Of a DNA stretch of 64,000 nt, positions 60,201-64,000 are shown piece by piece (within the stretch, counting starts at the first letter, position 1; the number at the start of each line of letters is the position of its first letter). Position numbers and translations under genes: made by a program. The stretch spans positions 128,001 to 192,000 of the forward strand of contig CAWBZI010000004.1 in assembly GCA_963793265.1 (NCBI GenBank), given 5' to 3'. The notes under the pieces were generated by a model. The model was not told where the DNA came from. It ran no database searches and saw only the letters and a list, made by a program, of their open reading frames with translations. Origin of the DNA: an uncultured cyanobacterium. GTDB lineage: Bacteria; Cyanobacteriota; Cyanobacteriia; Phormidesmidales; Phormidesmidaceae.

Positions 60201-60539
60201 TACTTTTGATCCTTCTAGCTGCGCGGACATCAATAGCTGCAAGCAGTCATACCCATCGAAAATAAGCCGCTCCATCTCTACGCTCACATCTGTGTCCTGA
60301 TGACACAGCGCCTTAAAAATACTCTCTAAGGAGTGCGTTGTTTTGGTCACCGCATCTAGGCCGACGCTGGCAGATGCACCTTTTAAGGTGTGTGCCGCAC
60401 GCATGAGCGTATGCACCTTTTGAGGGCTAAAGTCTGATCTGAGATCTTGCAGTTCATCCCCCATCGTTTGTAGAAGCTCAGTTGCTTCTTGTTCAAAGTA
60501 CCGATAGGTTTGTTCAGAAACACGGCTGTCTGTCATCAT
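57249..60539 (-). CDS. CheA-like hybrid kinase (Hpt-HATPase-CheW-REC)
   Basis: RAAHTLKG, HLVRNAFDHGIE, DDGQG, SGRGVGLD, receiver TVDDS..CDIEMP..KP. Confidence 0.93.
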   Translation of the reverse strand: MMTDSRVSEQTYRYFEQEATELLQTMGDELQDLRSDFSPQKVHTLMRAAHTLKGASASVGLDAVTKTTHSLESIFKALCHQDTDVSVEMERLIFDGYDCLQLLMSAQLEGSKVDESDILDRMAAVVSQLQAMLGARFGQEGHIPTSSELGFDLTQSIFEVGVSQRLTLLSEALEEPDLAALSDLLKSQAEVFIGLAESLDLPGFQEIAQITLDGLTEHPERTLAIAQAALENFCAAKADVLGGDRTQGGVPSAALQQLCGFSSRQALLEKADAQARKKRKGSWIKRPWQLLTHPIGKSAQSEQPRDHSVGQLSQPIASVEDAADSDEHENVATSTEPVIAEVESSAIQLEDSEMEDSSPFAGDPSLFTDDLPALNLPASERNSSSRQKQPRQPGNIPADTSASSSRRITTRVSAQHLQQLSQAMGELLTQQNRQTLYNEQLSALVKKLSNRILQQQRQLNQYRDRTVIQASFARASSDHLQAKPTPAASSNAISYAQFDTLELDQYNDIQLLVQSCLEESIQQSESVDAIELFVKRSEQALDRQKRLLANTRETLLTARMVPLRQVFQRLPAAVSRLQAQFCGEYGKQVEVVIEGGEFLVDRAIVDQLYEPLLHLVRNAFDHGIEFPEERIDQNKPAAGRITIAGAQQGRYVVITIKDDGQGLDLEIIRTKAIESQLITVAEAATLTLSQTTDLLFEAGFSTAGDIDSISGRGVGLDAVRARVRSLQGETAVSYVPAVSTCFTLKIPTHTSIAKMLLCRVKDRTYALMTEAIEHILRPTLEQMWVWEGGKTLTWQTSEQEYLIPVSTLDRVLPHTSSLPEHRTPLTADTHSGISSPLVLLRHGDTLVGLEVDELLGEQELVISPLSTTLSPPDYLYGSSVLPNGQLTLVLDSTVLAKVVSTQHRQQKGDDASANASNRHSSQIASASQKPVFAKKLILTVDDSITVRDALADALQRVNYQVIQAKDGAEALQQLARYPDVQAILCDIEMPGMNGFEFLKVRQQRPEIASIPTIMLTSRAGTKHRSLTENLGATAYLTKPYLTPQLLQTVAEAIESQFQTLPQVSPQASLSTVGANTVGASAVRASAVRASTAGAPL

Positions 60540-60577
60540 ACGAGGGGCTAACGCTAGGTGATTTGAGATAAAAGAGG

Positions 60578-63463
60578 CTAAACCTTGAACTGGGTTGTGC
60601 TAGTCTGAAGCGCCTCGGCGGTTTCTAGCACCTGCTGAATAGATCCTGCGAGATGATGAGAACTATCAGAGGTTTGATTGGCAATCTCTGTCGCTTCAGT
60701 CATAGCCCGCGTTACGACCTTAAACTCACTGGCCTGCTGGTGAGTGGTTTGGGTAATATGGCCAATGAGCTGGCTGATCTCTTCAGTGGCTTTGACAATA
60801 GCCGTCAGATTTTGGCGAGCGTCGCTGACGAGCGTTGTTCCGGCTGCGACCTGCTGAATGCCAGTCTCCATTGCCGTCGAGACTTCAGCCGTACCCGTCT
60901 GAATTTCTTGCACAAACTGTTCAATCTCAGTGGCGGCTGCCGCCGACTGTCGGGCGAGCGATCGCACTTCATCGGCGACAACAGCAAATCCTCTGCCATA
61001 CTCTCCGGCCCGCGTTGCCTCAATTGAGGCATTTAGCGCCAGAAGCTGCGTTTGAGTCGTAAAGTGACTGATCAAACTCACGATTTTAGAAACCTTTTGC
61101 GAAGACTCGCTCAGTCGCTTAATGCGCTGGTTAGTTTCAGCGACCGTTGAGCGAATAGCCACAATCCCGTCTACTGTTCGGTTCATCGCACCGTCTCCTT
61201 TCTGCATGGTGCGGCTAGCCTGTCGCGCTGCGGTTTCTACCCGCTGCGCATCTCGGGCCACCGTTTCAGTCGAAACCACCATTTTTTGAATGAGAATTAG
61301 CGCCTGCTCTAGCGCCTGCGCCTGCTGCTGCGCCTGCTGAGTAACCGACTGGGCAGAGGTTTCGCTCAGCCGAGACGTTTCACCCACCTGGTCTGCGGCT
61401 ACCTGCACCTGGCTGACAATTTTTTGCAGGCTTTGTAGGGTGTTGTTGTAGGCACTAGCGACCGTACCGACTTCTGTTTCAGTGACTTGCGCCCGTACGG
61501 TCAGATCGCCTTTTAAGGCGGGGCCAACCGCTTTCAAAAGCTGAATGACCTGCTGCTGGAGTAGCTCTTTAGAGGCTTTTTCGCGGTTAGCTAGCTCTGT
61601 GAGCTTAGTCGTTTTGTCCTGCACCTGCTCTAAATATTCAGCCTGCTGCAGCGCCAGGTTTAGCTGAGCGCCAATGCGGTGTGCAAACTGTACGTCTGCT
61701 TCTGTCCACTCGCGAGGGCCGGTGCATTGATGAATAGCAAACAGACCCCACAGCACGTCGCCTACTAGCAGGGGCACCACAATACTGGCTTTTACCTGTA
61801 GCTCGCCCAGCAGCTCAATAAGACAGTAGCTGACATCTAGTTCGGCGATGTCATTGACAACCCAGTAGCGACCTTTGCGGTAGTTCTCGGCTTGCTCCTC
61901 AGCAAAGCAGTGATCTTGTACCTTAGCAGCCATCGCTGAGCGAACACCGACCGCCACATCTTCAACGACAAACTCACCCACGCTGTAGTTTTTCGTGGCG
62001 TCCATCTGAAACAGCCCTACTCGGTCGGCGGCTAGCAGGTGGCGAATATCTTGCACCGTTGCTCTGAGCGCTCTGGGTAATTCTTTGGTGCTACGCAGTC
62101 GTTCGGCAACTTTCGTAATCAGTTGCTCTCTGGCTACAGCGTCTTCAAGCTGCTGGTTAGTCGCTTGGATTTGGCCCAGATAGTCTGCCTGCTGCATGGC
62201 CAAATCAAGCTGGGCCGCAACCCGCCGCACAAAGGCTATTTCTAAGGCTTGCCACTGACGCGGCTCGGCGCACTGGTGAATACAAAACAGGCCCCATAGC
62301 TGATTGTCTTTCAGCATAGGAACGACAAGATTAGCTTTCACCTGAAACTGATCGAGCAAGTCAACGTAGCACTCAGGAATGCCTGCGTTGTGAACGTCAT
62401 CGATTGTCGAAATCCTGCCCTGCCGGTAGGCTTCAGCCATCGAATTGCTAAAGCAGTGATCTTCAACAACAATTTCTTTGGCTGAGACAAAGGCAGGGTT
62501 GACGCTTTCGGCAACCACTTCGCCCTGGGTATAGCCGCTCTCTGGCAAGAACTGAAAGACGGCGACGCGATCGCTCTTTAAAAAGTTCCTGAGCTTTCTT
62601 GCCGTTGACTCAAACACCTCAGAAAGATTCGAGAGTTCGCGAACGTTTTGAATGACGGTTGCGAGGGTTTCTCCACGGGCAATTTCTTGCTGGCTCTGCT
62701 GTTCTAGCCTGTATGTTTGCTGCCTGAGCGCAATATCTGAGGCGACTTGATGGAGAAAGGCAACTGTTTGCTCATCCCAAGATCTGCTCTTATCACACTG
62801 CTGAACCACGAGCAGTCCCCATGGCTGGCCGACTGTAACAATGGGCAGGCTCAAGCTGGCCTGTACCTGAAAACGCTGTAAAATCTGCATCTGATGAGGA
62901 GAAACAGCCTCCTCGCTAGCATTTGAGAGCGCGATAGGTTGCCCCTGATAGTCACTGGCGTTAGCAGCACCGAAAGCGATCGCATCGAAACTCTCTCCTA
63001 GCGTGGGCGTATAGCCTGCTGTGACAGACTCAGCGATGACGCTACCGGCTGATGGCATTGCGAACTGATAGACAAGAGCGCGATCGCATCGAAACTGCTT
63101 GCGAAGCGCAGAAACTGCAATTTGATAGAGATTTTCTGGCGTAGTCGCCTGATCCATCTGCCCGGCAATATCGAACGTCTCAAAGAGCGATCCTGGCTGC
63201 GTTCTATGCGCAGCAGTCATAGGCTCGTAGGCTGAGGCTGAGGCTATATCTGGTTCGCGTAATGGCTCATCGGATATCTCTTCTGGCAGGTGCGGAGCCT
63301 TTCCACTATCATCACCGCTGTCACCGTCGCCGCTGTCGTCGCTATCTCTCTCTAGAACGCTCGTGGCAATATTTCCATTGAGAGAGTGTTGCGCTAAGTC
63401 ATCAGCATCAACAAGATCGTTTGTAGCGTCGTAATCGTTTGTAGCGTCGTAGTTCATAGTCAT
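60578..63463 (-). CDS. Soluble methyl-accepting photoreceptor with three GAF domains (two DXCF cyanobacteriochrome GAFs), PixJ/PtxD-like
   Basis: GAF2 EDHCF..ECY; GAF3 QDHCF..YCL; MCP tip [34 protein letters not shown]; no TM segment seen. Confidence 0.92.
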   Translation of the reverse strand: MTMNYDATNDYDATNDLVDADDLAQHSLNGNIATSVLERDSDDSGDGDSGDDSGKAPHLPEEISDEPLREPDIASASAYEPMTAAHRTQPGSLFETFDIAGQMDQATTPENLYQIAVSALRKQFRCDRALVYQFAMPSAGSVIAESVTAGYTPTLGESFDAIAFGAANASDYQGQPIALSNASEEAVSPHQMQILQRFQVQASLSLPIVTVGQPWGLLVVQQCDKSRSWDEQTVAFLHQVASDIALRQQTYRLEQQSQQEIARGETLATVIQNVRELSNLSEVFESTARKLRNFLKSDRVAVFQFLPESGYTQGEVVAESVNPAFVSAKEIVVEDHCFSNSMAEAYRQGRISTIDDVHNAGIPECYVDLLDQFQVKANLVVPMLKDNQLWGLFCIHQCAEPRQWQALEIAFVRRVAAQLDLAMQQADYLGQIQATNQQLEDAVAREQLITKVAERLRSTKELPRALRATVQDIRHLLAADRVGLFQMDATKNYSVGEFVVEDVAVGVRSAMAAKVQDHCFAEEQAENYRKGRYWVVNDIAELDVSYCLIELLGELQVKASIVVPLLVGDVLWGLFAIHQCTGPREWTEADVQFAHRIGAQLNLALQQAEYLEQVQDKTTKLTELANREKASKELLQQQVIQLLKAVGPALKGDLTVRAQVTETEVGTVASAYNNTLQSLQKIVSQVQVAADQVGETSRLSETSAQSVTQQAQQQAQALEQALILIQKMVVSTETVARDAQRVETAARQASRTMQKGDGAMNRTVDGIVAIRSTVAETNQRIKRLSESSQKVSKIVSLISHFTTQTQLLALNASIEATRAGEYGRGFAVVADEVRSLARQSAAAATEIEQFVQEIQTGTAEVSTAMETGIQQVAAGTTLVSDARQNLTAIVKATEEISQLIGHITQTTHQQASEFKVVTRAMTEATEIANQTSDSSHHLAGSIQQVLETAEALQTSTTQFKV

Positions 63464-63554
63464 AGTGAATGTCTAAATACGTTGGGATCGGGAATATAAA
63501 AAAGATAGAAACTTACTATTTTGTTCGCTGCTATCTGCCAGCTTATCTGCCAGC

Positions 63555-63998
63555 TTATTTGTCAGCTAAGGTGCGATCTTGCCGAAGTGACGATTCGAAA
63601 ATAGCGGCAACACTCAGAACCGTTCCTCCCTGCTGGGGGCAATATCCCAGCACAAAAGGCTCCAGGCTAGGCGGACACAAGCCGGTTTCCATATAAATTT
63701 GCTGCTCGTCAAATAAATCAATATCGCCAACCTGTTCTACAACGAGTCCTAACGCGTGACCCGAAAACTGAACCACAATGCTGATAGGCGGCTTCGCAAT
63801 CTGAGAGGGTTGAAATAAGGGCTCGTAGCCAACTAAATGATTGAGATCTACCAGCCAAAGAGTTTCGCCCTCCCATCCACATACGCCCAATACGCAATCA
63901 GGCATATCAGGCACTGGAAAAATATCTTCTAGTGATAGCTGGACAACTTCTGTAATTTGATCGAGTGGTAGTAACGCACTGCTCTTTTGCGAAAGCAT
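63555..63998 (-). CDS. CheW protein (5' end probably beyond the window)
   Basis: ITEVV..IFPVPDMPDCVLGV..W.GE.LWLVDL..GLVVEQV. Confidence 0.88.
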   Translation of the reverse strand: MLSQKSSALLPLDQITEVVQLSLEDIFPVPDMPDCVLGVCGWEGETLWLVDLNHLVGYEPLFQPSQIAKPPISIVVQFSGHALGLVVEQVGDIDLFDEQQIYMETGLCPPSLEPFVLGYCPQQGGTVLSVAAIFESSLRQDRTLADK

Positions 63999-64000
63999 AA

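Overview
Cyanobacterial chromosomal segment. The HIP1 octamer GCGATCGC is abundant, and the window carries gap2 and a cyanobacteriochrome taxis receptor; a Leptolyngbya/Phormidesmis-like filamentous lineage is my inference. Core genes (hemW, murB/murC, gap2, selD-mnmH, malQ, glmU, a ptx/pix-like Che operon) are interleaved with accessory material. That material includes a Wadjet jetABC operon whose jetD is cut off exactly at a HIP1 site and fused to a decayed glgC fragment, and a 33.7-36.8 kb patch of remnants and repeats. There is also an uncharacterised kinase + YnjB-type ABC transporter + radical SAM operon. The most unusual signals are: (1) local G/C skew flips at HIP1 sites (G-rich before, C-rich after) even inside one gene; (2) a 21-bp-phased degenerate array upstream of a small basic helical protein; (3) the HIP1-bounded jetD/glgC junction; (4) a single +1 frameshift in mnmH at UUU-CAA; (5) the kinase-ABC-rSAM operon. 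No rRNA, tRNA, CRISPR array or transposase was recognised. All family assignments come from motif recognition by eye, without database searches.
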